Below, piece by piece: positions 36,798 through 47,127 of a DNA stretch of 58,116 bases. Both the position numbers and the translations under genes were made by a program. The stretch lies in assembly GCA_964470325.1 (NCBI GenBank), contig CAYYBJ010000001.1, forward strand, positions 1-58,116, written 5' to 3'. Each line of letters begins with the position of its first letter. The first letter of the stretch is position 1. Under the pieces are notes generated by a model that was not told the origin of the DNA, ran no database searches, and worked only from the letters and a program-made list of their open reading frames with translations. The stretch is from an uncultured Candidatus Nitrosotenuis sp. Its GTDB lineage: Archaea; Thermoproteota; Nitrososphaeria; Nitrososphaerales; Nitrosopumilaceae.

Positions 36798-37281
36798 GAA
36801 GTACTTTGTGGTAAAAGGTCTTTTTCTCTTCAGAGCTTTTCTCAAGTTCCTTGTTAAATGCCATCTTTGCCAAAATCTTTGACACTGCAAGGGGACTGGC
36901 AATCATTCCGTGCTGGAGTAGTTGCTCCACTGTCTCTGATACAGTTCGCGGCTGGGAAAAGAATCCGTCCAGTTCCAGGCCTTCAATTTTGCTTGGCAGT
37001 TCTTCTGACGTTATCTGTCTTGGGGCAGTAAATTCCGGCTCGTGCACTTCGGCATCTTTTAGCATTTTCAGATAGCTCAAGTTTGACTCATATGTTGCGG
37101 CAATATCTTGTGCCTCCAGCGTTGGCTCGTCAGTTACTATTTTTGCCGAGTTTTCCTGCAATCGAAATGCCAGATCTGCTATTACCTGGGATGCAGTATC
37201 ATTGTCAATGTAAAAGTCGCGTGAGTCTATCTCTACTTCGTTTGCGCCGAATCGGAGCCTGATCTTTGCCATTATACTCAA
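36790..37281 (-). CDS. Hypothetical protein with a C-terminal winged-helix-like domain
   Basis: DGFFSQPRTVSETVEQL..AVSKILAKM..KTFY. Confidence 0.7.
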   Translation of the reverse strand: MSIMAKIRLRFGANEVEIDSRDFYIDNDTASQVIADLAFRLQENSAKIVTDEPTLEAQDIAATYESNLSYLKMLKDAEVHEPEFTAPRQITSEELPSKIEGLELDGFFSQPRTVSETVEQLLQHGMIASPLAVSKILAKMAFNKELEKSSEEKKTFYHKVLLN

Positions 37282-37406
37282 AATGCCAAGGAATTTGATT
37301 TATCTTGCAAGCTTAAATGAACTACAAGGGCGGATCAAAACTTTTACACACCAAATGATTCTTTTTTTGCCTCTTTTGCACAAAAGCCAATTTCAGATTA
37401 TTAGGC

Positions 37407-37850
37407 ATGGCAAAAAAGGCAGCAGCCGTAATCATAGTGATATTGAGCCTAATGGTATTTGGCTATACGCAATACGCGTCTGCCTCACAAATTAACGCCA
37501 AAATTACTCAAAGCAAGCTATTGGAAAAGTCAGACAAGGGATCGCTGTATAATTTGCAGCTAGAGTTTAACAATCCGTCGCTGTTATTTTTGACCGCAGG
37601 AAAAACCGAGTTTACAATAATTGCAAATGACAAGGCTATAGGCCAGGGCGAGCTGGATCCATTTGCACTGCCGGCACTCGGAAAAGCGACAACTAGCGGA
37701 GTGTGGCTCAAAGACCAAACAGCATCAGAAGATTCACAGGTAAAGATCTCTGGCGTTACAAAATACCAACTGCTCTTTGCATCAATTGATGTGCCGTTTA
37801 CGTATTACCCAACATACGACCAGACTAGAGAATTTATAGCAGACGCATAA
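37407..37850 (+). CDS. Membrane-anchored hypothetical protein (LEA_2-like)
   Basis: TM helix plus FNNPS..IGQG. Confidence 0.65.
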   Translation: MAKKAAAVIIVILSLMVFGYTQYASASQINAKITQSKLLEKSDKGSLYNLQLEFNNPSLLFLTAGKTEFTIIANDKAIGQGELDPFALPALGKATTSGVWLKDQTASEDSQVKISGVTKYQLLFASIDVPFTYYPTYDQTREFIADA

Positions 37851-37862
37851 TTTTTCCAGTTA

Positions 37863-38756
37863 ATGCTTACTGTTTTTGGTTCAACTGCGCTAGACACAAT
37901 TCGCACACCAAACAAAGTCCTCAAGGATGTTTTAGGCGGAGCCGCGACATTTGCAGGAGTCTCTGCCAGCTTTTTTGTCAAGACCGGCTTGATTGCAGTG
38001 GTTGGAACCGACTTTCCAAAAAAATATCACAATATTTTAAAAAAATATCTGGATTTGGAAGGCCTCTCAATACAAAAAGGCAAAACATTTCGATATGACG
38101 GCAGCTATGACGACACTCTGTCGACTAGAACCACAAACAAGACAGAGCTCAACGTATTAGGCTCGTTTGATCCAATAGTTCCTGAAAAATACAGAAAATC
38201 CAGATTTGTGTATTTGGCAAACAACGACCCGGACCAAAACACCAAGATAATTCGCGAATTTGACAATGTGAAATTTTCCATGTGCGATACAATAGAATTC
38301 TGGATTAACACCAAGCGAAATTCCGTAATCAAGATGATTGGCTCTGTCGACGCAGTTGTAATAAATGACGAAGAGGCAAAACTACTCACTAAAGAGCACA
38401 ATCTGATAAAATGCGCAAAAAAAATGATGAGCTGGGGTGCAAAATATGTCATAATCAAAAAGGGAGAGCACGGCTCGCTGCTGTTCTTTGACGATGTTAT
38501 TTTTCCTTCAGTTGCGTTTTCACTGGAAGATATAGTGGATCCAACGGGTGCTGGCGATTCCTTTGCAGGCGCAATGATTGGGTATTTGGCAAGCAAGAAT
38601 TCCATTAGCCTATCTGATATCAAAAAGGCAGTCGTACATGGAAATGTAATGGGCTCTTTTGCAGTGGAAAGGTATGGCCTAGCAGGCCTCACATGTACCA
38701 GCAAGGCCAAGATCCAAAACAGGATAAAAAAATACCAGTCCATGATTGATTTCTGA
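37863..38756 (+). CDS. PfkB-family sugar/nucleoside kinase
   Basis: LGGAA, NDEEA, DPTGAGDSFAG. Confidence 0.92.
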   Translation: MLTVFGSTALDTIRTPNKVLKDVLGGAATFAGVSASFFVKTGLIAVVGTDFPKKYHNILKKYLDLEGLSIQKGKTFRYDGSYDDTLSTRTTNKTELNVLGSFDPIVPEKYRKSRFVYLANNDPDQNTKIIREFDNVKFSMCDTIEFWINTKRNSVIKMIGSVDAVVINDEEAKLLTKEHNLIKCAKKMMSWGAKYVIIKKGEHGSLLFFDDVIFPSVAFSLEDIVDPTGAGDSFAGAMIGYLASKNSISLSDIKKAVVHGNVMGSFAVERYGLAGLTCTSKAKIQNRIKKYQSMIDF

Positions 38757-38790
38757 AAGGTTATCTAGAAGAGCGTCAAGTGGGTTTTTG

Positions 38791-39120
38791 ATGGACCGAC
38801 TAGACGAAATATTCTCAATGCAAAAAGGATTAGCAGAAATGATGAACCTAGATAGATATCCAAAGGACTCTGAAGGCAGAGTCTCTGCGTTATCTACAGC
38901 CATAATGCACGAGGCAGTAGAATTACAGCGAACAACAAACTGGAAGTGGTGGAAAAAACCAACACCATTCAGTGTAGATGACGCAAAAGAAGAACTCATT
39001 GACATTTGGCATTTTGTGGTACAGGCATCACTTGAGCTAAACCTGACGCCAGATGATATAGTAGCAGAATACAGAAAGAAAAACGAGATAAACCGAAACA
39101 GGCAAAAAAACGGCTACTAA
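38791..39120 (+). CDS. Dimeric all-alpha dUTPase (dUTPase_2/MazG-like)
   Basis: EAVEL..WKWWK..EELIDIWHF..KN..N..RQ..GY; likely ATG 38791. Confidence 0.85.
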   Translation: MDRLDEIFSMQKGLAEMMNLDRYPKDSEGRVSALSTAIMHEAVELQRTTNWKWWKKPTPFSVDDAKEELIDIWHFVVQASLELNLTPDDIVAEYRKKNEINRNRQKNGY

Positions 39121-39569
39121 AATACGATATCTACAAGCTCTGTCTTGCCAATTAGATCTACAAGTCTTACCTTTTGAAAATTTGCAATTTCCTCTTTTGA
39201 TACTGTCAATACTGGGTCAGGGCTGACTGAACTTATTATTCGATTGGTGTGATCTGTGCCATATTTGTGCAAACAGAACAATGCATGACCTGTCCTATGT
39301 CCAGACACTTCCTTGCCGCACATTATGATGGTGTGGAGTGTCGGATTTTGATTCACATATCGTACTAGCTCGTCAATTCCCTTGTTTTCTGAGAACAATC
39401 TTGCAGCAATTGCGATTTTGTTCATCAAATCTGATTTTGAAATCTCTTCTAGCAGATCAATACTAGATAAAGTGCATATTGCCACACCAGAGGATCTGCC
39501 AAGAAATTTCTCTTCAGGAATTGGAAAGACTTTTTTGCAAATCTCGCCTGCAATTTGGCCTAGATTCAT
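39117..39569 (-). CDS. Stand-alone MtrA-like (tetrahydromethanopterin S-methyltransferase subunit A) domain protein
   Basis: VAICTLSS, SENKGI, CGKEVSGHRTG; ATG 39569 overlaps the upstream stop. Confidence 0.8.
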   Translation of the reverse strand: MNLGQIAGEICKKVFPIPEEKFLGRSSGVAICTLSSIDLLEEISKSDLMNKIAIAARLFSENKGIDELVRYVNQNPTLHTIIMCGKEVSGHRTGHALFCLHKYGTDHTNRIISSVSPDPVLTVSKEEIANFQKVRLVDLIGKTELVDIVF

Positions 39570-40645
39570 AGCGACTTGATTATTTTTGCCGTGGTTTGCA
39601 GGTGTTTTGGTGTTATTTGTGGCTGTACAGGCAATGATAGGACATTTTTTGCAGCCCATTCTGTGTTTGGCAATTTAGTTTTCTGATTATAGTACGGGGT
39701 CTTGTGTACTGGCGTGCCATAGTATACAGTGGCGCCAATTCCATTTTCATTTAGTTTTTGTGCTATTTTGTCTCTGTTCTTGTTAGCTACAGTGTATAGA
39801 TACCAGTTTACTTTTTCGTGCTTTCTTGTGTTTGGCAGTGTAACATCTGCACCTGCAAGCAATTCAGTTAATGCCTTGGCATTTTTTGCGCGTTTTTGCA
39901 AAAATCCTGGAAGCTTTTTCATCTGGACTTTGGCAATTGCGGCATTAATCTCAGGCAATCTCAGATTCAGGCCCAAAATTCTAGTGTCATATCCATGAAC
40001 CATTCCGTGATTTCTAATCATTAGCAATTTGTCGCGTAGCTTTTCATTGGATGTTGTAATAATTCCACCCTCGCCAGAAGTCATGACCTTTGCTGCATAG
40101 AGACTAAAACAACCTAGTTCAGAAAATGTTCCTGTCTGCTTTCCGCGATATGTAGAGCCCATCGACTGGGCAGCATCCTCTATTATTGGAATGTGATTTT
40201 TTGAAGCAATTTCAGATATTTCATCAATGTATGCCACATTGCCATAAAGATGTACAGGTATGATTGCGCGAGTTTTCTTTGTAATTTTCTTTTGCAGATC
40301 CTCCGGGTCGATTGTGTAATTGTCACGCCTGATGTCAACAAAGATTGGCTTTGCGCCAACAGAAACAACAGAATTTGCGGTTGCAACAAAGGTAAATGAC
40401 GGCAATACAACTTCATCGCCCGACTTTATATCAAGAGCATAGAGCGCTGCCTGTAGCGCGGCAGTGCCAGAATTGACAGCAATTGCGTATTTTGATTTTA
40501 CAAAAGAGCAGACCAGTTTTTCAAATTCCTGAACGTTCTTACCACCGTCTTTGGCAGCAGAGGTCAGTGCGCCTGCCTTCAATACCGCAGTGACTTCGGC
40601 AATTTCTTCTTTTCCAACCAAGGGAATGTTGACTGGAATCTTCAT
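39566..40645 (-). CDS. DegT/DnrJ/EryC1/StrS PLP-dependent sugar aminotransferase
   Basis: SGTAAL, TFVATAN, EDAAQ, SLYAAKVMTSGEGG. Confidence 0.92.
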   Translation of the reverse strand: MKIPVNIPLVGKEEIAEVTAVLKAGALTSAAKDGGKNVQEFEKLVCSFVKSKYAIAVNSGTAALQAALYALDIKSGDEVVLPSFTFVATANSVVSVGAKPIFVDIRRDNYTIDPEDLQKKITKKTRAIIPVHLYGNVAYIDEISEIASKNHIPIIEDAAQSMGSTYRGKQTGTFSELGCFSLYAAKVMTSGEGGIITTSNEKLRDKLLMIRNHGMVHGYDTRILGLNLRLPEINAAIAKVQMKKLPGFLQKRAKNAKALTELLAGADVTLPNTRKHEKVNWYLYTVANKNRDKIAQKLNENGIGATVYYGTPVHKTPYYNQKTKLPNTEWAAKNVLSLPVQPQITPKHLQTTAKIIKSL

Positions 40646-40728
40646 GATTTTTCGTCTTGTAGATGGTAATTAAACCTCATCCATAAATGGACAATTCTTA
40701 TATTCAAATCACAATTTTTGGCCATTAC

Positions 40729-41292
40729 ATGACTAGACACTTGCAGCAAACAGACACTGCATACAAGGTCTATCTGTACATTTTCTATGTCTGCGCTTTT
40801 GTGATGTTGTCTATAATGGCCTATGGTACATGGGCAATGCTTACTGAATGGCAGCAAAAGGGCACCTATGTAATGGGAGAGGTCCTAGTCACAACACATG
40901 TTCCGTTTCCTCACTTTGCAAAATTAATCACATGGCTTTTCTTTGCTTGTATAATTGGCTGGTATTGCGTATCTCGAATCGGATGGAAAAAGGCAGTCGG
41001 ATTGCATTCCTGGCGAATGTCTCTACTCCAATTAATGTTGTTAGGATTTGCAATAATCAATCTGTACGAAGTATTGTATAATTTTACAGTGCTTAATGCT
41101 CTGATATCTGCAGGAACAGTGAATGGCCACGTTCCAGACATTGACAGACTAACAATTGCATATCCGGATGGTGCAAGGCCATGGAATTTGATATTTGCTA
41201 CCAAGATCTTTTTGGTTGGCTTTTTGATTTCAGCTCACGCATTCTACTTGTCTACCAGACCAAGAAAATCACTAGAAGAATTGGAAACATAA
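40729..41292 (+). CDS. Hypothetical membrane protein (4 TM)
   Basis: Multiple hydrophobic helices; TATA-like CTTATATT supports ATG 40729. Confidence 0.75.
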   Translation: MTRHLQQTDTAYKVYLYIFYVCAFVMLSIMAYGTWAMLTEWQQKGTYVMGEVLVTTHVPFPHFAKLITWLFFACIIGWYCVSRIGWKKAVGLHSWRMSLLQLMLLGFAIINLYEVLYNFTVLNALISAGTVNGHVPDIDRLTIAYPDGARPWNLIFATKIFLVGFLISAHAFYLSTRPRKSLEELET

Positions 41293-41324
41293 CTTTATAG
41301 AATTACAAACAAAACCCAGTACCA

Positions 41325-42368
41325 TTGGATGTAACAAGCAAAGTCGAGCTGGTCCTAAGACCGCCGACTGAGGAAATTGTAACGCAAGAGGAACTCACAA
41401 ATCTATTTCAAACTAACAATAAACCGCGACATTACATTGGATTGGAAATTTCTGGATTTTTGCACCTAGGCAGTCTGATTAGTACGGGATTCAAGATTAA
41501 TGATCTTATCAAAGCAGGAGTAGAATGCAACGTCTTTTTGGCAGACTGGCACACACTAATCAACGACAAGCTGGGCGGAAATTGGGATACCATATCAAAG
41601 GTATCGCACTATTATGAGAGGGCGTTCAAGCTTGTCTGTCCAGGCGTAAACATTATTCGCGGAAGTGAACTGTATGATTTCCACAAGGAATACTGGAAGG
41701 ACTTTATTCTATTTACAAAACACATGACCCTAGCCAGAACAATGCGCGCAATGACAATCATGGGCAGATCAGAAAGCGATGAGAAAATCGACTTGTCCAA
41801 ATTGTTGTATCCGCCCATGCAGGCAGTCGACATACATACAATAGATGTGGATATTGCACATGCAGGAATGGACCAGAGAAAAATCCACATGCTAGTACGG
41901 GAGATATTTCCAAAAATGAAGTGGAGGGTCCCAGTTGCCGTCCACCATGGATTATTGCCAGGTCTCACAGAACCAATTACAACAGATGAAGAAGGAACTG
42001 GCACCAAAATGTCAAAGTCCAAGCCAGGCTCGGGCGTTTTCATTCATGATTCCGATGATGAGATAAAATCAAAAATCAAAAAGGGCTGGTGCGAGCAGGG
42101 AAAGACAAACAATCCTATTCTACAAATAGCAAAACACATCTTATTTCATGAAATGTCTGAGCTAAAGGTGGAGCGACCAGAAAAATTTGGCGGAAACGTA
42201 ACATATTCCAGCTTTGCACAGCTGGAATCTGACTTTGGTGCAGGAAAACTACACCCGATGGATCTCAAAAATGTCGTAGCAGAAAATCTGGTCAAAATCA
42301 TTGCGCCAATTAGGGACAAGCTGCAAATGGATGACGACACAAAAGACGCAATTAAAAATTCAGTCTAG
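41325..42368 (+). CDS. tyrS: Tyrosine--tRNA ligase
   Basis: YIGLEISG..HLG, LADWH, YPPMQAVD, GMDQRK, KMSKS. Confidence 0.95.
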   Translation: MDVTSKVELVLRPPTEEIVTQEELTNLFQTNNKPRHYIGLEISGFLHLGSLISTGFKINDLIKAGVECNVFLADWHTLINDKLGGNWDTISKVSHYYERAFKLVCPGVNIIRGSELYDFHKEYWKDFILFTKHMTLARTMRAMTIMGRSESDEKIDLSKLLYPPMQAVDIHTIDVDIAHAGMDQRKIHMLVREIFPKMKWRVPVAVHHGLLPGLTEPITTDEEGTGTKMSKSKPGSGVFIHDSDDEIKSKIKKGWCEQGKTNNPILQIAKHILFHEMSELKVERPEKFGGNVTYSSFAQLESDFGAGKLHPMDLKNVVAENLVKIIAPIRDKLQMDDDTKDAIKNSV

Positions 42369-43135
42369 GTCTGCAAATTATACTTTGATGTGTATCCGCG
42401 AGGATTTATCATCAGATTTTTGAAATTATACGTTGAGGAATTGCCAATTATTACTGTGCTGATCATGCCTAGCTTGTCGGCATGGGCCTCCATGTTTTCC
42501 AGATCTGTTATCACTATTACCTGAGAGTCACGATACGCACCTTTAATGATGGCAACAGGTGTGCTTGGCTTTCTGTATTTGAGCAGTAATTTTCTAGTGT
42601 CCTGGAGCTGGTGAATTCTCTTTTTGCTTGACGGATTATAGATAACAATGACATAGTCACCCTGCGCAGCTGCTTCTACTCGCTTTGTTATAATTTCCCA
42701 TGGTACCAGCAAATCGCTCATTGATACTACAGCAAAGTCTGTCATTAGCGGCGAGCCAATCAAGGATGCACATGAATTAAGTGCAGATACTCCTGGCACT
42801 ACCTCTACTTCTAGGCCTGTCTTTGGATCCCAGCCAGCCTCTGCCAATGTTTCGTATATGAGACCAGCCATTCCGTAAATTCCTGGATCGCCACTGCTAA
42901 CCAGCGATACAATTTTGCCGGACTGGGCAAGCTCGATGCATTGCTTTGCTCTTTCTACTTCTTGTGTCATGGCGTATCTGTGGATTTCTTTTCCTTGTAT
43001 GAGATCTTCTACCAATCCAACATAGGTGTCGTAGCCGACTATTGTGTCGCTTTCCTCTATGACTTGCTTTGCGCGAAAAGTCATGTGATCGTGAGCACCG
43101 GGGCCGACACCGACAATGTAGAGTTTTCCTGCCAA
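42365..43135 (-). CDS. cobJ: Precorrin-3B C17-methyltransferase (CobJ/CbiH)
   Basis: VGVGPG, SSGDPGIYGMAG, SDLLVPW, NPRGY. Confidence 0.93.
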   Translation of the reverse strand: MAGKLYIVGVGPGAHDHMTFRAKQVIEESDTIVGYDTYVGLVEDLIQGKEIHRYAMTQEVERAKQCIELAQSGKIVSLVSSGDPGIYGMAGLIYETLAEAGWDPKTGLEVEVVPGVSALNSCASLIGSPLMTDFAVVSMSDLLVPWEIITKRVEAAAQGDYVIVIYNPSSKKRIHQLQDTRKLLLKYRKPSTPVAIIKGAYRDSQVIVITDLENMEAHADKLGMISTVIIGNSSTYNFKNLMINPRGYTSKYNLQT

Positions 43136-43161
43136 ATGATTTTTTTTTCTAAAATGCTAAT

Positions 43162-44586
43162 TTATCCCTTATTGGATTTTGGCGACTCTATAATAGGACA
43201 GTTCACAACATGATCTTCACTTAGTGGCCTTGCCAAAGTAACAAAGACAGAGCCGTCTGCCTTTTTGCTCTCCAAATCAGAAACTGTTTCCAGCGCTATT
43301 GCGGATTTAGGGTCCTTCCATTCTACTATAGACACTCGACAAATTGGGACATAGCGCTCATCTAGTGCAGAGCTCAGAATGCTAGGCTGAAATCCAAGCG
43401 GTCCTGAACCCTTTACTCCGTTTTTGAACTGGTACATTTCTGATATGATACCAGATGTGGCAATCTTTGCTAGCTTGGCAGACGTTGGCACCTTCATTAT
43501 GTCAGCTGGGCCCTTTGGTGTTGCATCTGGGATGATATAGTATGTGGCGCGCCCATCAGGCCCCCAAGCCCTGTGAGCTACAAATGTTACTTTTTTGGAA
43601 TCCTTGTTTATTTCCAAAATCTGGACATTATCCAGTTCTGTGCTGTTTGTTGTTTGTACTTGTCCTCCAGGCCAAATTATCTGAGGAACATTAACTGTGA
43701 CATTTGTTTTTGTGAGTCTTAATCTGGAATCCTTTTCTGCCTTGAGAATGTCCTCTGCTGATTGAAGTTCCTGTGGTTTTTGGCCTGCCTTCCAAGATAC
43801 AGTAACTAGGCTGGCTAAAGGAGTGTACTCTTTTTGTGCAGGCGTTACCCCAAAGACCTCTCCCTGGAACCCATAGATTCCATCTCCCTTGATTCCGTTT
43901 GTGAATGCGTATATGGTATCTTGTGCTGATGATGGTGCCCATCTTAGCTTTGGTGCAAACTTTACGTTCCAGCTTTGCTTTTGCGTCAGCTTGTCCGATA
44001 TTGTCTTGTTGCTGGAATCAGTAATGATGTAGCTTAACGTGCTTTTACCGTAAAATCCATCGCGCATTGGAATTGTTACTGGAATGTTTTGGTCTAGTAA
44101 TGTAATTTGTTGTTCCTTGATCTCATACATTTGCGAGACCATCTCAATTGGCTGGCCCCGTATCCATCCGTCAACGCTTGCAGTCACGACAAATGGAGAT
44201 GAGCTGCGAAATGCCACTGCCGAGCCTGTATAGTCTACGGTTCCGGACTTCTTAGCCTCAATTTCTGTTAGGCCGTATATTGTATTGCCATCAACGCTCC
44301 AGATTGGCTGGCCTTTAGAGTCTTGGCTTGGAATCTGGTGCAATATTATGGTCTCCACTGGATTATTGGCAGTAAATGTCAGAGTACCTGTGTAGATGCT
44401 GTTCTGGTTTGGCGATAACACCAGTGCAAACTGGCCAGACTTTGTTCCGGGATCTATAGATGAGACAAATGTTTTTGTGAAATGGACCTTGCTTTGCGGC
44501 TTTGCAACAGCAAATGGGTCTGATACCAAAAAAGATACGGCAAGCGCTGGTATAGCTACGAGTGCAAAAATGACAAACTTGTTCAC
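43162..44586 (-). CDS. Secreted hypothetical protein with a duplicated C-terminal domain
   Basis: Signal peptide; two copies of YI..DA/S..Y.F.NG.KG.G..GFQ..Y.P..V.W..VN.P. Confidence 0.75.
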   Translation of the reverse strand: MNKFVIFALVAIPALAVSFLVSDPFAVAKPQSKVHFTKTFVSSIDPGTKSGQFALVLSPNQNSIYTGTLTFTANNPVETIILHQIPSQDSKGQPIWSVDGNTIYGLTEIEAKKSGTVDYTGSAVAFRSSSPFVVTASVDGWIRGQPIEMVSQMYEIKEQQITLLDQNIPVTIPMRDGFYGKSTLSYIITDSSNKTISDKLTQKQSWNVKFAPKLRWAPSSAQDTIYAFTNGIKGDGIYGFQGEVFGVTPAQKEYTPLASLVTVSWKAGQKPQELQSAEDILKAEKDSRLRLTKTNVTVNVPQIIWPGGQVQTTNSTELDNVQILEINKDSKKVTFVAHRAWGPDGRATYYIIPDATPKGPADIMKVPTSAKLAKIATSGIISEMYQFKNGVKGSGPLGFQPSILSSALDERYVPICRVSIVEWKDPKSAIALETVSDLESKKADGSVFVTLARPLSEDHVVNCPIIESPKSNKG

Positions 44587-44622
44587 TGGTTGTTTTTGCT
44601 TCGCAAAGATGTTTAAGCGTTT

Positions 44623-46020
44623 TTAGCTTCCTAGCTTGAACTCGTCATGTAATGCTTGGACAGCAGCTGCACAATCGGAATCCTTGACTACAAATGCCAA
44701 GTTCAGCTCCGACGAGCCTTGCGCAATCATCATTACATTTGCTTTCTTCTTTGCAACAGAGCCAAAGACTCGTGATGCAACACCAATTGTTCCGCGCATT
44801 CCAGATCCTATCAGTGCTATTATAGATACATCGGTAGTGACATCTATTTTTTTGATCATCTTTCCCAGCAGCTCCATTTCTAGTGTGTTTACTGCTTTGT
44901 CTAGATCGTGCTTTTTGACCACAATGGAAATGCTGGACTCGGACGGACTCTGCGAAATCATCATGATATTGACGCCGGCCTTGGCAAGTGTGGTAAAGAT
45001 AGTTGCTGCAGTGCCTGGAGCGCCAACCATGCTTCCGCCTCGCATGTCGATTAGGCCATTGTGGCGAATCACTGATACGCATTTTACGGTCTTGTTTGTT
45101 TTCTCATCCGGATTTGCAGTGACCAATGTGCCGGAATTATTCACATTAAAGGTGCTGCGAATTCGCATTGGGATTTTCTTTGATAGCAAGGGCTCAAAGG
45201 ACCGTGGATGAATCTGCTTTGCGCCAAAGAGAGCCATCTCCATTGCCTCTACATATGATACCTCTGGGATTACCTTTGCTCCTTTGACCATTTTTGGATC
45301 TGCGCTCATCAGGCCGTCAACATCACTCATCAGCCAGACCTCGTCTGCCTTGATACACGATGCAATGATAGTAGCGGTGTAGTCAGAGCCACCTCGGCCA
45401 AATGTTGTGACGTGGCCATGCTGATCAGCGCCTGCAAATCCGCCAATAACTGGAATGAATTTCTTTGTTAGTAATGGTTCCAGATTTGTAGATACTCGTA
45501 GTCTGGTGGTATCCATTAATGGCTTGGATTGGCCAAAATTAGAGTCGGTGACAATTCCCACTTCCTTTCCTGTCAGTGCTACTGATTTTGTTCTCAGATC
45601 TAAAATCGCATGAGATACTATCTCTATGGATAATCGCTCGCCAAATGAAATCAAATAGTCTAGGGATTGCGGTGTGACCTCTCCAAGTAATATCATTCCG
45701 TGCATTAGGCCCTTTAGCTCATCCAGTATTGCATTTAGCTTTTCAATTAACGCTTTACGTATCACACTGTTTGATATGGTGTCCTTTGCGATCTGCATGT
45801 GCTGTTTTGTTAATTTAGATAATATGGAATCTGCCTGCGCGCGATTTTCTTTTTTTATAGATTCAGAAATCTCTAGTAGTTCATCTGTGGTGTCATTAAT
45901 GGCAGAGCAGACCATCACTATCTGATTTTTCTTGCCGGTGTTTTGGATGAATTTTGCCACGCCCTTGATGTGTTTTGGTGTTGCAAGCGAGGTTCCGCCA
46001 AACTTGATTACTAGTCTCAT
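44623..46020 (-). CDS. lysC: Aspartate kinase
   Basis: KFGGTS, SFGERLS, GRGGSDYTA, two ACT domains. Confidence 0.95.
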   Translation of the reverse strand: MRLVIKFGGTSLATPKHIKGVAKFIQNTGKKNQIVMVCSAINDTTDELLEISESIKKENRAQADSILSKLTKQHMQIAKDTISNSVIRKALIEKLNAILDELKGLMHGMILLGEVTPQSLDYLISFGERLSIEIVSHAILDLRTKSVALTGKEVGIVTDSNFGQSKPLMDTTRLRVSTNLEPLLTKKFIPVIGGFAGADQHGHVTTFGRGGSDYTATIIASCIKADEVWLMSDVDGLMSADPKMVKGAKVIPEVSYVEAMEMALFGAKQIHPRSFEPLLSKKIPMRIRSTFNVNNSGTLVTANPDEKTNKTVKCVSVIRHNGLIDMRGGSMVGAPGTAATIFTTLAKAGVNIMMISQSPSESSISIVVKKHDLDKAVNTLEMELLGKMIKKIDVTTDVSIIALIGSGMRGTIGVASRVFGSVAKKKANVMMIAQGSSELNLAFVVKDSDCAAAVQALHDEFKLGS

Positions 46021-46047
46021 CGGATTTTCTTCTCCAAGTGAGTTTTT

Positions 46048-46791
46048 TTAACTTTCTACGCGTGGTGCTAGGTAAAAGTGGATTCTGCCCATGTTTGCAA
46101 CCTTGAATTCAATTCGGAGTGGCTTGGCAGATGAATACTCGCATATTATGGTGCCAGTTGCCGCACCCACTGCTTTGACTATTGGATTTAGGTATTCTAG
46201 GCTGTACGTGCCTGTGGACTCTACCTTACATGATATCTCAGTAAGTTCGTCTGGCTGTTTTTGTAGCGATATTAGGACCTCGCCTGAGTCGCCCTTGCCT
46301 GAAAACTCGGATTTGTTCTCATCTGTCTTGATTGTAAGATAGTCAGATACGACCTGCACGTCGCCCAGAATTTTATCAAATAGAGTATTTGCCAGGCCAA
46401 TCTTTGCGTCATATGGAATTTTTGGCAATGGTGTGTCAGTTGCCGAACTCTCAATTAGTCGCATCTTGTATTGCTTGTTTTTGCCAATTATAATCAACAA
46501 CATGGAATCTGCTATGCTAATTTGGATTGATTCTGATTTTTCCGCCCTTTTGATTAGCTTGGAGAATTCATCGATTCGAACTCCGAACTTTATTGCGCCG
46601 TCACATTCGTATTTTTCAAATGCCGAGTTTGGCCAGGAAATGTCAATTAGTGCTACATGGGATGGGTCCATTCCACGAAAGCTGATTCCTTCTGCAGTTA
46701 CCTCAAATGTGGCCTCTTCTACTAGTGTGGATATTGCAGATAAGATTGCCTTCCATTCATCGGATCCGCTTGTCTTTGCAGAAAACACCAT
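46048..46791 (-). CDS. pcn: PCNA sliding clamp
   Basis: MDPSHVAL, YSLEYL, FYLAPR. Confidence 0.96.
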   Translation of the reverse strand: MVFSAKTSGSDEWKAILSAISTLVEEATFEVTAEGISFRGMDPSHVALIDISWPNSAFEKYECDGAIKFGVRIDEFSKLIKRAEKSESIQISIADSMLLIIIGKNKQYKMRLIESSATDTPLPKIPYDAKIGLANTLFDKILGDVQVVSDYLTIKTDENKSEFSGKGDSGEVLISLQKQPDELTEISCKVESTGTYSLEYLNPIVKAVGAATGTIICEYSSAKPLRIEFKVANMGRIHFYLAPRVES

Positions 46792-46830
46792 TTAGCTATC
46801 TGTCGTGTGGTGCCAGTTAAAGGTTATTTT

Positions 46831-47127
46831 TTATGAATAGTCGCGCCAAGTGTGCGAACATTTTGAACATCGGTAAAACTGAGTTGTCGGCTCATCTGCA
46901 GATCTTGTCTGTAGCATCCACCAAACAGCTTCGTCGTTGCCGCACTTTTCGCATTCCTTTTTGATTGTTGGTAATGTTTCCTTTCCCTCATTTTCTTCAA
47001 AAACCGTAAACGACTTGTCCATTTCTGCGGTGGATTTTTTTGTCTCGACTTTGGTAGCTTCAGAATAACCGCATTTAGTGCAGATACCTTTCTTTAACCG
47101 CAGGTTGCACTTGGGACAAAATTGCAT
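46831..47127 (-). CDS. tfs: Transcription factor S (TFS/RpoM)
   Basis: FCPKC, QTRSADEP, CSKCSHTWR. Confidence 0.95.
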   Translation of the reverse strand: MQFCPKCNLRLKKGICTKCGYSEATKVETKKSTAEMDKSFTVFEENEGKETLPTIKKECEKCGNDEAVWWMLQTRSADEPTTQFYRCSKCSHTWRDYS

